Shown here: piece by piece, positions 63,635 through 64,000 of the stretch
Layout: each line of letters starts with the position of its first letter
Position numbering within the stretch: the first letter of the stretch is position 1
Assembly (NCBI GenBank): GCA_951406725.2
Contig: OX597831.1
Coordinates: 27,342,001-27,406,000, forward strand
DNA: 64,000 nt
Direction: 5' to 3'
Source: Octopus vulgaris
Lineage: Eukaryota
Translations under genes and position numbers: made by a program
Notes under the pieces: generated by a model
Told to the model about the DNA's origin: nothing
Seen by the model: only the letters and a program-made list of their open reading frames with translations
The model's database searches: none

Positions 63635-64000
63635 TTATTCTTTCACTTGTTTCAGTCATTTGACTGTAGCCTTGCCAGAGAAATCCCTTGAAGGGTTTTT
63701 GTTGAAGAATTTGAGCCCAGAACTTTTTTTTTTAAAGCCTAGAACTTATTTTATCCATCTATCTCTTTGTCGAATGCTAAGTTATGGGGATGTAAACACA
63801 CCAACACTGACTGTCAAGCATGATGAGAGGAGCCACACAGACACAAAGACACACACATAGATACACATTATACACACACACACACACACATGATGGGCTT
63901 CTTTCTGTTTCCATCAACCAAATCCACTCACAAGACTTTAATCAGGTTCAGGCTATAGAAGACACTTGCATAGGTTGCCACACAGTGGGACTGAACCAGG
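63635..64000 (-). mobile_element. SINE-A, diverged, runs off the window end
   Basis: Family tail and body. Confidence 0.75.

Overview
AT-rich, repeat-saturated eukaryotic DNA. The SINE families, the (TA)n/(CA)n/(TAA)n microsatellites and the RTE tails ending in (GAT)n look like a coleoid cephalopod, probably Octopus; this is inferred from pattern recognition, not a database hit. Much of the window is interspersed repeats: several tRNA-headed SINE families, RTE 3' ends, CR1-like and Dong/R4-like LINE fragments, a pogo/Tigger fossil and MITE, a non-autonomous Helitron and Penelope-type remnants. Almost every ORF in the supplied track is a microsatellite or repeat artefact. On the minus strand, two well-supported small exons (11907-11959, 9735-9833) and four weaker candidates join in phase into one open reading frame of a possible membrane glycoprotein, so most of the window may be intronic. 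The most unusual signals are: (i) a tRNA-promoter SINE whose 3' part carries an intact minimal Penelope-type hammerhead ribozyme fold; (ii) a second short repeat family with a variant hammerhead core; (iii) three long fold-back palindromes, one near-perfect and one split by an RTE insertion. Repeat boundaries were read by eye and are approximate to about 10-20 bp. Family names SINE-A, B, D, E and T are my own labels.
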